Shown piece after piece: positions 48,461 to 58,376 of a stretch of DNA of 64,000 bases (position 1 is the stretch's first letter; each line of letters begins with the position of its first letter). Below the pieces are notes generated by a model. It was not told where the DNA came from. It saw only the letters and a list, made by a program, of their open reading frames with translations, and ran no database searches. The stretch spans positions 1,258-65,257 of the forward strand of contig CAYMYC010000004.1 in NCBI GenBank assembly GCA_964394645.1. Direction: 5' to 3'. A program made the translations under genes and the position numbers. This stretch comes from an uncultured Gammaproteobacteria bacterium (GTDB lineage Bacteria; Patescibacteriota; Microgenomatia; Levybacterales; GWA1-39-11).

Positions 48461-48505
48461 GTGGTCAATTGTACCAAATCTACACTCGTATTACAGCAGT
48501 TTTCT

Positions 48506-49015
48506 TTACCGAGTATTTAGGAGAAGGCTGTGAATTTTTTCACGTGCATCAAGCAAACACTCATACCTTGCAAAAATTCCTCTCGCTGGAGCTGAATTCA
48601 ATGAAAGATCTTTATCATCTACATACCCATAAAATAGGACAGAACTACCATCATTTGACACATGTCTTTGAATGTCTATCACATGACCTTTTAACTCACC
48701 CTTTATATGTGTTACCTCTTCCAAACCTTTATGTATCTTACCTTTAAAATACTTGATTCCCTCTACATCATCTAATAATTCTTTTTCATAAGCTATTCCT
48801 GATGCTTCTTTTGCAATAGCTTCCAGTTCTTTTCTCGATCCTCGCATCCTCCTAAAATATTTCGCTTTGCGTATAACAGAACCTGAAAGACTATCAAACG
48901 TCTGAGCTACCGTAATAGCATCTCTCACTCTTCCTTCAAGAGCTGTATCAAGTTGATGTTTCATGCGCATATGCGCATATGTATAGTCTCTTCTACGTTC
49001 GGTCTCCATACTCAT
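48506..49015 (-). CDS. hypothetical protein
   Basis: 169 aa, basic N-terminus (RRRDYTYAHMRMKHQ), no recognised motif. Downstream of ctpA on the same strand. Confidence 0.35.
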   Translation of the reverse strand: MSMETERRRDYTYAHMRMKHQLDTALEGRVRDAITVAQTFDSLSGSVIRKAKYFRRMRGSRKELEAIAKEASGIAYEKELLDDVEGIKYFKGKIHKGLEEVTHIKGELKGHVIDIQRHVSNDGSSVLFYGYVDDKDLSLNSAPARGIFARYECLLDAREKIHSLLLNTR

Positions 49016-49084
49016 AAATATGGATTATACAATACTATGGGAATATTTCAATAATATGTGTATCCGAAGGCTTTTCGCTATTTA

Positions 49085-50371
49085 TTACTTAGTTAATTCT
49101 TGAATTGCCCGCTGAAGTTGATTATCTAGGGTGGGTGTCTTTGCAGATTTTTCTTTATCAAAGACTATCTTTATATCAGGCGTTAGTCCTTTTTTATCAA
49201 CCCATGTGCCATTTGGGGTCAGCCATTTTCCAACAGACAGGTGAACTGATGAGCCATCAGCAAGATCTACAGGTTGCTGAATTGTCCCCTTACCAAATGA
49301 TGTTTCTCCGATTAAAAATGCCCGCTTATGGTCACGAAGCGCTCCTGAAACTATTTCTGAGGCAGACGCTGAACCCTTGTTGATTAGCACTACAACTGGA
49401 ATATCAAGCAATATCCCATTACGAGACACGGGCATGTCTAGCTTCTCTCCATTTCCGTCAGCTTGAGATACAATATTTCCACTTTTTACAAATTCAGACG
49501 CGATAAATACTGCATCCTGTAAGTATCCACCTGGATTATTTCTTAAGTCCAAAACCAGACCTTTAAAGTTTTTAGATCCTATCATTTTAGGATAAAGACT
49601 GTTTATCATTTGTGTCCATTCTTGATTTGTTTTATCTCCAAACTGAGACAAACGTATATATGAAACAGTATTACATGTTGCACAATCCTTCTCCTCTTGA
49701 CATTCACTTTTCGTGCATGAAAAATTTTTCACCCAACCTGTCACACTTTTTACCTGAATTGTGTCTCTAACTATCGAAAGGTTTATGGATTTTGTTTCCT
49801 TGTCATGTAAAACGGTAAGCTTTACTGTTGTCCCCTTAGGACCTCTTATCTTCTCAACAGTCTGAGGGAGAGTCCATCCATTAGTACTCTGTCCGTCAAC
49901 TGCTAATATCTCGTCTCCACTCTCAACACCTGCCTTGTCAGCTGGAGATCCGTCAATTGGCGACACAACTGATACCTTATTATTTTTATTTAACCCCAAT
50001 TCTGCTCCAATTCCAGAAAATTCTCCAGCCATTTGGGTTTTGAAATCAGTATTTTGTTTTGGTGGAAAAAATGAAGTAAACGGATCATCTAAGCTTTGTA
50101 GCGCTCCTGAAATTGCACCATGTAGTATTTTTTGTGAGTTAATTTTAGATTTATCATAATAATCACGATTCACCTTATCTAGTACTTCATAGAAAGGCGC
50201 CATATCTAAATTTTGGTTTGCTGGAGGATTTTTTTTATTAATCGAAACAATAGGAGTATAGCTCTTCCATGATGTAGAAATTTTATTTGTTCCAAGAAAA
50301 TACCCTATCCCGCCTGCAATAAGAACTATAAGAAGTACATGAAAGAATGATAATGAAAGTTTTTTTCGCAT
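49085..50371 (-). CDS. ctpA: carboxyl-terminal processing protease (S41, CtpA-like) with PDZ domain
   Basis: N-terminal TM, PDZ (GSPADKAGVESGDEILAVDG), S41 catalytic region (LINKGSASASEI ... K). Confidence 0.85.
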   Translation of the reverse strand: MRKKLSLSFFHVLLIVLIAGGIGYFLGTNKISTSWKSYTPIVSINKKNPPANQNLDMAPFYEVLDKVNRDYYDKSKINSQKILHGAISGALQSLDDPFTSFFPPKQNTDFKTQMAGEFSGIGAELGLNKNNKVSVVSPIDGSPADKAGVESGDEILAVDGQSTNGWTLPQTVEKIRGPKGTTVKLTVLHDKETKSINLSIVRDTIQVKSVTGWVKNFSCTKSECQEEKDCATCNTVSYIRLSQFGDKTNQEWTQMINSLYPKMIGSKNFKGLVLDLRNNPGGYLQDAVFIASEFVKSGNIVSQADGNGEKLDMPVSRNGILLDIPVVVLINKGSASASEIVSGALRDHKRAFLIGETSFGKGTIQQPVDLADGSSVHLSVGKWLTPNGTWVDKKGLTPDIKIVFDKEKSAKTPTLDNQLQRAIQELTK

Positions 50372-50440
50372 AGAAATATATTGTAACCTGTGCTATCCCA
50401 CAAGAGCAATAGGAAAATACAGTTATTTATGTATGGATTG

Positions 50441-50683
50441 CTAATCTGGTACTACTACAAATGGAAGGAGTGCTAGATGCCGTGCTCGCTTAACTGCGAT
50501 TGTTATTTTCTTCTGATGCTTCATACATACTCCAGTTTTAGATGCTGAAAGAATTTTCCCACGATCAGTTGTAAATTTACGCAACACTTCGATTTCCAAA
50601 AAATCAGGATTTTTTTTCTCTTTGCAAAAAATGCAATTTTTTGGCACTTCTCTTTTTGTATGTAATTTTTTTTGATTTGCCAT
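50441..50683 (-). CDS. rpsR: 30S ribosomal protein S18
   Basis: CIFCKEK...FLEIEVLRKFTTDRGKI...ITIAVKRARHLALLPFV matches the S18 consensus. Confidence 0.9.
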   Translation of the reverse strand: MANQKKLHTKREVPKNCIFCKEKKNPDFLEIEVLRKFTTDRGKILSASKTGVCMKHQKKITIAVKRARHLALLPFVVVPD

Positions 50684-50711
50684 ATTTGTAATTTTTTCCT
50701 ATTTATCTTTC

Positions 50712-51197
50712 TTAAAAAGGTATATCATCTGGGTTTACATCCTCAGAAATTTGTTCTTTCACCTCTTTTTTTGTCTTTGGCTTTTCGGGTTCCTGAGTCT
50801 TAGACGCAGAATCGTGCTGCACAGGCTCTTCCACATGTTCAGACGCACCATCTTCACCTGCTTTTCTGCTATCTAAAATGATCATATCTTCTATGACTAT
50901 TTCAGTTGTATTCCTCTGTGCCCCATCTTGCCCTGTCCAATTCCTATTTGAGATTCTCCCCTCAACATAAACTTTTCTTCCTTTTGTTAAAAGCTGCGAG
51001 CAAAGCTCTGCTAGCTTATTCCATGCAACTATTTTGTGAAATTCTGCGTCTTCTTTTTTTTCTCCGTTATCAGTTGTCCAACTCCTATTGGTTGCAAGAC
51101 CAAATGTGCAGACAGCAGTTCCCTGCGGTGTATACCTTAATTCAGGATCTCTTGTCAAATTTCCTATTAATTGTACTCTATTCAATGAGCGTGCCAT
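50712..51197 (-). CDS. ssb: single-stranded DNA-binding protein
   Basis: OB-fold N-terminus (RVQLIGNLTRDPELRYTPQGTAVCTFGLATN), acidic C-terminal tail ending DDIPF. Confidence 0.9.
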   Translation of the reverse strand: MARSLNRVQLIGNLTRDPELRYTPQGTAVCTFGLATNRSWTTDNGEKKEDAEFHKIVAWNKLAELCSQLLTKGRKVYVEGRISNRNWTGQDGAQRNTTEIVIEDMIILDSRKAGEDGASEHVEEPVQHDSASKTQEPEKPKTKKEVKEQISEDVNPDDIPF

Positions 51198-51220
51198 TTT
51201 TTACTTGTTTACTCTTATTC

Positions 51221-51514
51221 TTAATTTACTCTAATCATTAAGTGACGCAAAATGTCATCTGTTATTACTAAACGTTTCTCAAAACCTGTATCTATCTTTT
51301 CGGATTTGAATTCTAGAGCAACGTAATCACCTTTTTTTTCATGTCTTATAGAATAAGCAAGTTTTTTTTCACCCAATTCTATAACTTTAGCATCCTGTGC
51401 CTTTGCCCAACCCTCAACCTGAGTCAGAACGGCTTTTTTCTTCTCCTTATTCAAATCAGACTTTAATAATAATACTAGTTTATAGCTTCGCATACGTTGA
51501 GTTATTATACACAA
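51221..51514 (-). CDS. rpsF: 30S ribosomal protein S6
   Basis: MRSYKLVLLLKSDL... S6 N-terminal pattern, in the rpsF-ssb-rpsR operon arrangement. Confidence 0.85.
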   Translation of the reverse strand: MCIITQRMRSYKLVLLLKSDLNKEKKKAVLTQVEGWAKAQDAKVIELGEKKLAYSIRHEKKGDYVALEFKSEKIDTGFEKRLVITDDILRHLMIRVN

Positions 51515-51578
51515 AAGAGATAGTTGGTATCAAGAGGAAACAAAACAACACTTTTTTATGTAATTTTTGATGAAATAT

Positions 51579-52718
51579 TTAGGGAGAAACTGCATGCAAG
51601 ACTACTTCTACTTCCTGAGTTTTTCCCTTTCTATAAAGAATAATCGCTACAGTGTCTCCTATCTTTTTTCTTGAAATTACAGCAGCCAATCCCCCACCCT
51701 GATCACTAAGTTTCTTTCCATCAACATGCGTGATAATATCTCCTAACTCGATACCTGCCTTATCAGCAGATGAGCTTGGAATTACTTCCTGAATGTACGC
51801 CCCCCCTGGTAAATCGTTTAAAAGTGCTGCTTGAGGCGATAACATAGTATAGGAAATCCCAAGATACGGTCTATTAAACTGCCCGGTATTATTAAAGTTT
51901 TCTATTGATTCTTTTACTATATTTATAGGGATTGCAAATCCAATATTTTGTCCGTTTTGGGCAACTGCTGTATTAATTCCTATAACCTGCCCGTAAGAAT
52001 TTAAGAGTGGTCCACCACTATTCCCAGGATTAATTGCGGCGTCAGTTTGAATTACATTATCTAACCTCTCTGCAAACCCTTGAAATACGCTCCCGGCAGT
52101 AATCCCGCGACCAAGTCCTGAGACGACACCTGTTGTAACGGTATTACTAAATTCACCCAAAGCAGTTCCTATAGCTATTGCAAATTGTCCAACCTCAAGT
52201 TTTGCTGAGTCACCCAATTCTGCTGCCTTAAATCCCCCTGTTGGCGTTTTTTCTGTTTTTAAAATTGCGAAATCATTTGAAGGATCCCGATAAATCTTAA
52301 CCACCTTATACTTTTTCCCTTTTACATCTACTACTATGTATGACGCGCTATCATCAGACACTACATGCTTATTTGTAGCAATTAATCCTTCCCGTGTTAA
52401 CACAAACCCAGAACCTATAAAATCTTCTTTTGTTGTTTCGTTTTGACGTTCTTGTAGTAATTCAGAGTGAAAAAATAGCGAAAACGGGTCATTTTCGGCA
52501 GAAGAATTTTTGGGAGGAAGTATTATTCCGATTGTTACAACTGAGGGACCCACTCTTCTTACAACATCTGTGACAAAATTCTCCTCTCGTAACACCTTTC
52601 CATAGTCACTATCTTTCGATTCATTGAAAATTGAACTTTGTTGCAAAATAGGTGAAATACTTCGCCAAATAAATACCGTAGCAATTAAAATAGCAAGAAG
52701 AACTACTAACCTCTTCAT
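51579..52718 (-). CDS. htrA: HtrA/DegP-family serine protease with PDZ domain
   Basis: N-terminal TM, catalytic triad context (TNKHVV, D, GNSGGPLLN), C-terminal PDZ (GAYIQEVIPSSSADKAGIELGDIIT). Confidence 0.9.
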   Translation of the reverse strand: MKRLVVLLAILIATVFIWRSISPILQQSSIFNESKDSDYGKVLREENFVTDVVRRVGPSVVTIGIILPPKNSSAENDPFSLFFHSELLQERQNETTKEDFIGSGFVLTREGLIATNKHVVSDDSASYIVVDVKGKKYKVVKIYRDPSNDFAILKTEKTPTGGFKAAELGDSAKLEVGQFAIAIGTALGEFSNTVTTGVVSGLGRGITAGSVFQGFAERLDNVIQTDAAINPGNSGGPLLNSYGQVIGINTAVAQNGQNIGFAIPINIVKESIENFNNTGQFNRPYLGISYTMLSPQAALLNDLPGGAYIQEVIPSSSADKAGIELGDIITHVDGKKLSDQGGGLAAVISRKKIGDTVAIILYRKGKTQEVEVVLHAVSP

Positions 52719-52825
52719 GGAAAAATAGTTTAGTACCTAAATTTCGTTTTGTCAATAAAATAGGCTCCAAATATTTGAATTTCCTACTTATTTGAATGAT
52801 CCTTGTACTGTATACTTAATACTAT

Positions 52826-53227
52826 ATGCCAAAACCCGGAACAGTTTTCGGAGATGTACTAGAACAATTTAAAGAACAAGGAAAAGCAATTGGAAAAGAG
52901 GTAGTCAAAATGCCTGTTGATATAGTGAAAGCAAGTTTTGAACAACCTATACCCCTTCCTACACAAGAACGCACACAACAACTTAAGGCAGAGGAAAAAG
53001 CAAGGCTAGCCAAAGTAAGAAGTGGAATTGCTATGGAACAAGAATTTAAATCCCCCCCTCCTGAAGAAAAAAGGATCCAACAAGGTGCAACAACAACTGA
53101 AAAAGGTCAGATAAATCAAAACGCACAAGTAAATAATCAACTGTCTGCTAGCATGACACCAAAAAAAAAGCCAGAGCCACTCGTAGTACAACAAAAAAGA
53201 AATGATCGGCTTCATGGTGCAGGATAG
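52826..53227 (+). CDS. low-complexity Gln/Lys/Glu-rich hypothetical protein
   Basis: 133-aa ORF that is compositionally biased, with no TM segment and no motif. It occupies the intergenic space between htrA and hisS. Confidence 0.3.
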   Translation: MPKPGTVFGDVLEQFKEQGKAIGKEVVKMPVDIVKASFEQPIPLPTQERTQQLKAEEKARLAKVRSGIAMEQEFKSPPPEEKRIQQGATTTEKGQINQNAQVNNQLSASMTPKKKPEPLVVQQKRNDRLHGAG

Positions 53228-53298
53228 TAATAATTGAAATACCTTATATTGAATAGCTATCTACCTCGGCAATTTTTTTTCTGCTACAATATCTTCAT

Positions 53299-54483
53299 AT
53301 GATAATTACACCTAAAACATTAAAAGGTTTTCGAGATTTTCTTCCAGAGGAAGCAAGAAAAAGACAATATCTTATAGGTGCTTTAAAAAAAGTTTTTGAA
53401 CGCTATGGCTTTGAACCTTTAGAAACCCCATCTCTAGAATATGAAGATATACTCTTAGGGAAATATGGTGATGAGGGTGATAAACTAATGTATCGCTTTG
53501 AAGACAACGGTCAACGCCGCGTTTCACTACGCTACGACCAAACTGTCCCGCTTGCACGAGTTATAGCACAATACGAAAACGTTCTCCCCTTACCTTTCAA
53601 ACGCTACCAGGTCTCAAATGTTTGGAGAGCTGAGAACACACAGCGCGGACGATTCCGGGAATTTCTTCAATGCGACATAGATACAGTAGGTGTTGATTCT
53701 GCCCTTTCTGACTCTGAAATAATTAAAGTGGTAATCACCACACTCGAATCATTAGGGGTAAAAAGCTTTAAGATTCTACTAAATGACCGTGCCGTATTTG
53801 CTGATATCCCTAAGGAAGGAATTGCCGTCATAGACAAGCTGAAAAAAATCGGAAGAGATGGAGTTTTATCAGAACTTAAGGAGAAGGCAATTGATAGTGA
53901 CATTCTCACAAAAATATCAGAATCTAATCCAACACAAAGAATTCAGGAGGTTAAAGCACTGTTAGACGACGAACGAGTTATTTTTGAACCAACACTTGCT
54001 CGCGGACTGGATTATTATACTGGTATCATTATTGAAGCAGAAATAGACGGATATGAAGGTGGATCCATAGGGGGAGGCGGAAGATACAATGAATTAATAG
54101 GAATATTTAACGGAAGAAGTCAACCTGCTGTTGGTTTTGCATTTGGCTTTGATCGACTTTTTTCAGCGCTAACTAGCCTAAACCTTTTAAAAATTTCACC
54201 TTCGGTAGCACAAGTTCTCGTAACGATCTTCTCTCCAGAATTAAAACAAGACGCAATTAACGCCGCGGTAAAATTAAGAATGCGTGGGGTAAATACCGAC
54301 CTCTGGCTTGAGGATAATTCAAAAATGGAAAAACAAGTAAAATATGCACTTAAAAAACAAATTCCTTATCTATTAATCATCGGTCCTGAGGAGAAAGAAA
54401 AAAACATGGTAACTATAAAAGCACTAGATATACGCGACCAAAAGACAGTAACTTTAGACGAAGCAATCCAAATGATCGGGTGA
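53299..54483 (+). CDS. hisS: histidyl-tRNA synthetase (short form)
   Basis: Class II motif 1/2 region (KGFRDFLPEEARKRQYL..., FQCD-like FLQCDID) and a C-terminal anticodon-binding domain. 394 aa. Confidence 0.8.
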   Translation: MIITPKTLKGFRDFLPEEARKRQYLIGALKKVFERYGFEPLETPSLEYEDILLGKYGDEGDKLMYRFEDNGQRRVSLRYDQTVPLARVIAQYENVLPLPFKRYQVSNVWRAENTQRGRFREFLQCDIDTVGVDSALSDSEIIKVVITTLESLGVKSFKILLNDRAVFADIPKEGIAVIDKLKKIGRDGVLSELKEKAIDSDILTKISESNPTQRIQEVKALLDDERVIFEPTLARGLDYYTGIIIEAEIDGYEGGSIGGGGRYNELIGIFNGRSQPAVGFAFGFDRLFSALTSLNLLKISPSVAQVLVTIFSPELKQDAINAAVKLRMRGVNTDLWLEDNSKMEKQVKYALKKQIPYLLIIGPEEKEKNMVTIKALDIRDQKTVTLDEAIQMIG

Positions 54484-54490
54484 CTCTCCT

Positions 54491-55402
54491 ATGAAACTGT
54501 CCACAACAAAAAAGGCTGTTATAGCACTCATTATAGCTAATACAATTTGGGGCGCAGCACCTCCTATCTTCAAATGGGCACTTTATGATATTGGACCCTT
54601 TTCACTTGCATTTTACCGTTTTCTCCTGGCTACGCTAATCACTCTGCCTTTTGTATACAAACATCTATCATTTAATCCAAAGTATCTATTAAGCGTCATA
54701 TTTATTGGTATAACAGGAGTTACTATAAATATCAGTTTTTTCTTTTTTGGGCTAGAATTCGCGCCTAGCATAAACGCTTCTATTGTTGGAAGTGCCGGAC
54801 CAATCATATTAATTTTCTCATCAATTGTTTTTCTGCATGAAAAATTTAAAAAAAAATTATTTTATGGTGCTCTTATAGGATTTATAGGTGTTCTTCTCAT
54901 AATTCTTAAGCCTTTGTTTACAAAGGAACCAAATATAGCGATTCTTGGAAGCACTCTTATTTTCGTAGGAATGCTAGGATCTATCGCACATACACTGCTT
55001 GCAAAAAAAATTATAAAAAGACTAAAACCAATAACCATTACTTTTTGGAGCTTTTTCTTTGGAACAATTGGATTTATTCCTTTTTTCTATGAAGAAGGAG
55101 TTGTTCAAGGATTTATTCCACACATGAGTATAAACGTAATAATTGGACTCTTATTTGGGGCTGTTCTTTCATCATTTATTGCATATCTTCTATCTTTCTG
55201 GGCATTAAAGTATTTACAGGCAGAAGATGTAGGAATTTTTGTTTATATAGATCCTATTGTAACTGTTCTTATCGCGGGTCCATTACTTGGTGAATACCCG
55301 AATGTACTATTTCTTGTTGGTTCATTATTTGTATTCGGTGGAATATTTATCGCTGAGAAAAGAATCCACTGGCATCCTCTACGCAGGCTAGCAGATGGAT
55401 AA
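54491..55402 (+). CDS. EamA/DMT-family transporter
   Basis: 10 predicted TM helices in two 5-TM EamA repeats. Confidence 0.7.
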   Translation: MKLSTTKKAVIALIIANTIWGAAPPIFKWALYDIGPFSLAFYRFLLATLITLPFVYKHLSFNPKYLLSVIFIGITGVTINISFFFFGLEFAPSINASIVGSAGPIILIFSSIVFLHEKFKKKLFYGALIGFIGVLLIILKPLFTKEPNIAILGSTLIFVGMLGSIAHTLLAKKIIKRLKPITITFWSFFFGTIGFIPFFYEEGVVQGFIPHMSINVIIGLLFGAVLSSFIAYLLSFWALKYLQAEDVGIFVYIDPIVTVLIAGPLLGEYPNVLFLVGSLFVFGGIFIAEKRIHWHPLRRLADG

Positions 55403-55473
55403 TAAATACTTACTTTCACACTGTATGCACCAATGCTTGCGTAAATGCTAGGAAAAAGATATAATATTGCATT

Positions 55474-55764
55474 ATGAGAGCACAGATTCATCCACAATAT
55501 AATGATTCGGCAACAGTAATTTGCTCATGCGGCAACCAATTTAACGTGGGCTCAACTAAGGGAACTATGCATGTAGAGCTTTGCTATAACTGCCATCCTT
55601 TTTACACGGGACAGCAAAAGTTTGTTGATACTGCTTCAAGAATTCAAAAGTTTGAAGATAAAATGAAAGCTAAAAAAATTATTGTTAAAAAGGAAACTGA
55701 AAGAAAAGAAGATGATGGTCCAAAGTCACTTAAGGAAATGCTTGCAGCTCTCAAGAAGAAATAA
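55474..55764 (+). CDS. rpmE: 50S ribosomal protein L31 (Zn-ribbon type) with Lys-rich C-terminal extension
   Basis: MRAQIHPQY...CSCGNQF...CYNCHPFYTG CxxC...CxxC motifs. Confidence 0.85.
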   Translation: MRAQIHPQYNDSATVICSCGNQFNVGSTKGTMHVELCYNCHPFYTGQQKFVDTASRIQKFEDKMKAKKIIVKKETERKEDDGPKSLKEMLAALKKK

Positions 55765-55805
55765 GATTTTCCTCTCCCCTCATACACGGTTAGTCCCACT
55801 GAATT

Positions 55806-56744
55806 GTGTATAATAAAACCCATATGGACGAAATAGAATCTCACATCATAGAACTAGATAAAAAAATAAGAGAAGCACAAGAACTTATTGCAGATCCTGA
55901 TATGGGAACATTGGCATCTGAAGAGCTTATACGATTACGGGCAGAAAAAGAGGCATTAGTACAGGCAATGAGCGCAACACAAGGATATGATAATTCTTCA
56001 ACATCCAATACTCCAGAAAATGATTTAGACTTTAGAAATGCAATCTTAGAAATTAAAGGCGCAGCAGGAGGGGATGAATCAAAATTGTTTGCAAATGAAC
56101 TTTTAAGAATGTACCAACGATTTGCGGAAATAAAGGGCTTTCGGACTCAAATGCTAGATGAGTTTACTGTTAAGATTATAGGAAAGGATGCGTTCGGAAC
56201 ATTTAAATTTGAGGCTGGAGTTCACAGAGTACAACGAGTCCCCGAAACAGAAAAGAGGGGCAGGGTTCATACCTCAACAGTAGTCGTTTCACTTCTTCCA
56301 GAACTTGAAGATGTCGACTTACACATAAACCCAGATGATATAGAATTTGAGGCTTATCGAGCCGGTGGTCATGGGGGACAAAACGTAAACAAGGTCTCAA
56401 CCGCTGTACGCCTCAAACACACACCATCAGGAATTGTGGTAACATGTCAAGATGAACGACAACAACACCAAAATCGGGAAAACGCTATGAAAATTTTGCG
56501 CGCAAAATTGTGGGAACTTGAACTTGAGAAACGTGCTGAAATGATTTCATCTTTAAAATCCACTCAAGTCGGAAAAGGAATGAGAGCGGAAAAAATAAGA
56601 ACATATAATTTCCCACAAGATAGACTAACGGATCATAGAATTAATGAGTCGTTCCATAATCTACCATCTCTTATGGATGGGAACATAAACGATCTTATTG
56701 ATATGCTTAAAAAATCCCAGGACGAGACAAACGCTGCTACATAA
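55806..56744 (+). CDS. prfA: peptide chain release factor 1 (short)
   Basis: GGQ motif ([13 protein letters not shown]), RF1-type tripeptide region [17 protein letters not shown] (P-x-T rather than the SPF of RF2). 312 aa. Confidence 0.8.
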   Translation: MYNKTHMDEIESHIIELDKKIREAQELIADPDMGTLASEELIRLRAEKEALVQAMSATQGYDNSSTSNTPENDLDFRNAILEIKGAAGGDESKLFANELLRMYQRFAEIKGFRTQMLDEFTVKIIGKDAFGTFKFEAGVHRVQRVPETEKRGRVHTSTVVVSLLPELEDVDLHINPDDIEFEAYRAGGHGGQNVNKVSTAVRLKHTPSGIVVTCQDERQQHQNRENAMKILRAKLWELELEKRAEMISSLKSTQVGKGMRAEKIRTYNFPQDRLTDHRINESFHNLPSLMDGNINDLIDMLKKSQDETNAAT

Positions 56745-56772
56745 TCCCAAAATACATCTTCATAAATATGTA

Positions 56773-57696
56773 CTAAAGGTTTTGGAGAACTTCAACAACC
56801 TCAGGCAATATTAATTTTGTTCCTTTCATTTGAGGATTTTTAGAGGAACCATTGAGAAGCATTCGCTTGGAAACGTGTAAATACCATGATGCATCAGGAT
56901 CCATTTTTTTTAACTTATCATATACGGGAGTAAAATCCACTTCTACACTTTCATAACTAGTCATGCCCTCGCCATTCCCGCTCTTTTCCCTCTTCCGAGG
57001 TCTTGCTTTAATTCTCACCCCACCATTTTTTGGATCCTTACGGACAGTTATCACATATCCCATAAGTTGAGCGAGTTTTAGCACTTCGTCATTTATCGTT
57101 TCTATTGCAATTCCTTTTCCCCATTTTGTATTAAATTGAATTCCTTTTTTCTCTATCTCCTCTTCTGCCCACAATCTATTCTCAAATCTGTGAATTGCAA
57201 CATCCAACAGATCAAATCCAAAGCGAAGGCATGTCGCATCATCTCGTGGATACTGGAATTTTATTCCTGAAAGTAATGATACAAGTGAAAACTCGTAGAT
57301 GTCCGAGGCAGGATCCGGGTAATACACTTCTTGAAAGTGATCATCATCAACCACATATTCGACCAAACGTGAAAGGGCATCTGCTTTGTGCTTATTTACT
57401 CTCAGCTCCTCCGACAAAGGCAAAACATATTCATAGGTAAGTTTTGCAGCACACGTATTCTCATTTTCAACCTGATGATGATCAAGAGGTCCCATCCCAG
57501 TATCTACATGTATTACCTCTTTTCCGTCTAAATGCTCAATAACGTCCTCTGATGCACGATTGGTGTTTAATCTTCCCCCAGCAGGAACTGTTATAACCTC
57601 CGCGCCTTCCCATCCTGACAAAAAACGTTTAATAATCCAAGAAGATGTTACTGCATCAAGGTCTGGAGAGTTATGAGTTACTATGATTTTTGACAT
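56773..57696 (-). CDS. DHH-family phosphoesterase (NrnA-like nanoRNase/pAp phosphatase)
   Basis: VTHNSPDLDAV (motif I/II) and GPLDHHQ (DHH motif III). Confidence 0.6.
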   Translation of the reverse strand: MSKIIVTHNSPDLDAVTSSWIIKRFLSGWEGAEVITVPAGGRLNTNRASEDVIEHLDGKEVIHVDTGMGPLDHHQVENENTCAAKLTYEYVLPLSEELRVNKHKADALSRLVEYVVDDDHFQEVYYPDPASDIYEFSLVSLLSGIKFQYPRDDATCLRFGFDLLDVAIHRFENRLWAEEEIEKKGIQFNTKWGKGIAIETINDEVLKLAQLMGYVITVRKDPKNGGVRIKARPRKREKSGNGEGMTSYESVEVDFTPVYDKLKKMDPDASWYLHVSKRMLLNGSSKNPQMKGTKLILPEVVEVLQNL

Positions 57697-57782
57697 ATTT
57701 TTTGCATAAATTACTTATCTAAGTATATCATATACAACCCTGATTCTTGATTCTTTGTTCTGTATTCATATATCATGAGTAT

Positions 57783-58322
57783 ATGCCTGATAAACCCACA
57801 GTAACGCCTGAACACATAAAAAAATATCAACAAATCATGGGTGTTGCTGCAATTCCTAAGCCTCAAACAACACCTACAGCATCTAAAACCGCTACACAAC
57901 CCGGAATAAAAGATGCCCGCCTATCATTTCTTTCCTCACTTCCTAAGCCTACAGGAATCGGAAATAAAATGTTTGTCTTCACAGGAAAAAAGAAGATAAT
58001 AATAGATGGAACTGATAAGGCAGTAGAGAATGTAAAAACAATCGATGCTCAAAATATTAAAAAAGATACACCTCCACCTACGCCACCACCTGTCAACAAA
58101 GAGGATTTAGTAGCAAAACAAGTAGAAACTGTAACTATGCCTCTAACTCCGAAGGGTGAAGATAAAAAACCTAAAGATGCCATACCCACACCTACCACTA
58201 ATCCAAAAAAAGCCGATCAGAAAAAGAAGTTCCCACTCGTGTTAATCTTAGTGTTTTTCTTTCTGTTTATGTGTGTTTGGATACTGTTTTGGCTTGCGTT
58301 TTTTGGTTTCATCAAAATATAA
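57783..58322 (+). CDS. proline-rich protein with C-terminal TM anchor (hypothetical)
   Basis: PPPTPPPV / PTPTTNPKK tracts with a hydrophobic C-terminus (FPLVLILVFFFLFMCVWILFWLAFFGFI). Start chosen at MPDKPTV; the ORF track begins 36 nt upstream. Confidence 0.4.
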   Translation: MPDKPTVTPEHIKKYQQIMGVAAIPKPQTTPTASKTATQPGIKDARLSFLSSLPKPTGIGNKMFVFTGKKKIIIDGTDKAVENVKTIDAQNIKKDTPPPTPPPVNKEDLVAKQVETVTMPLTPKGEDKKPKDAIPTPTTNPKKADQKKKFPLVLILVFFFLFMCVWILFWLAFFGFIKI

Positions 58323-58376
58323 GCTAGAGGATTTATAGAAATACTTAAAATAACCGTGGAGAATTTGTCGGAAATA

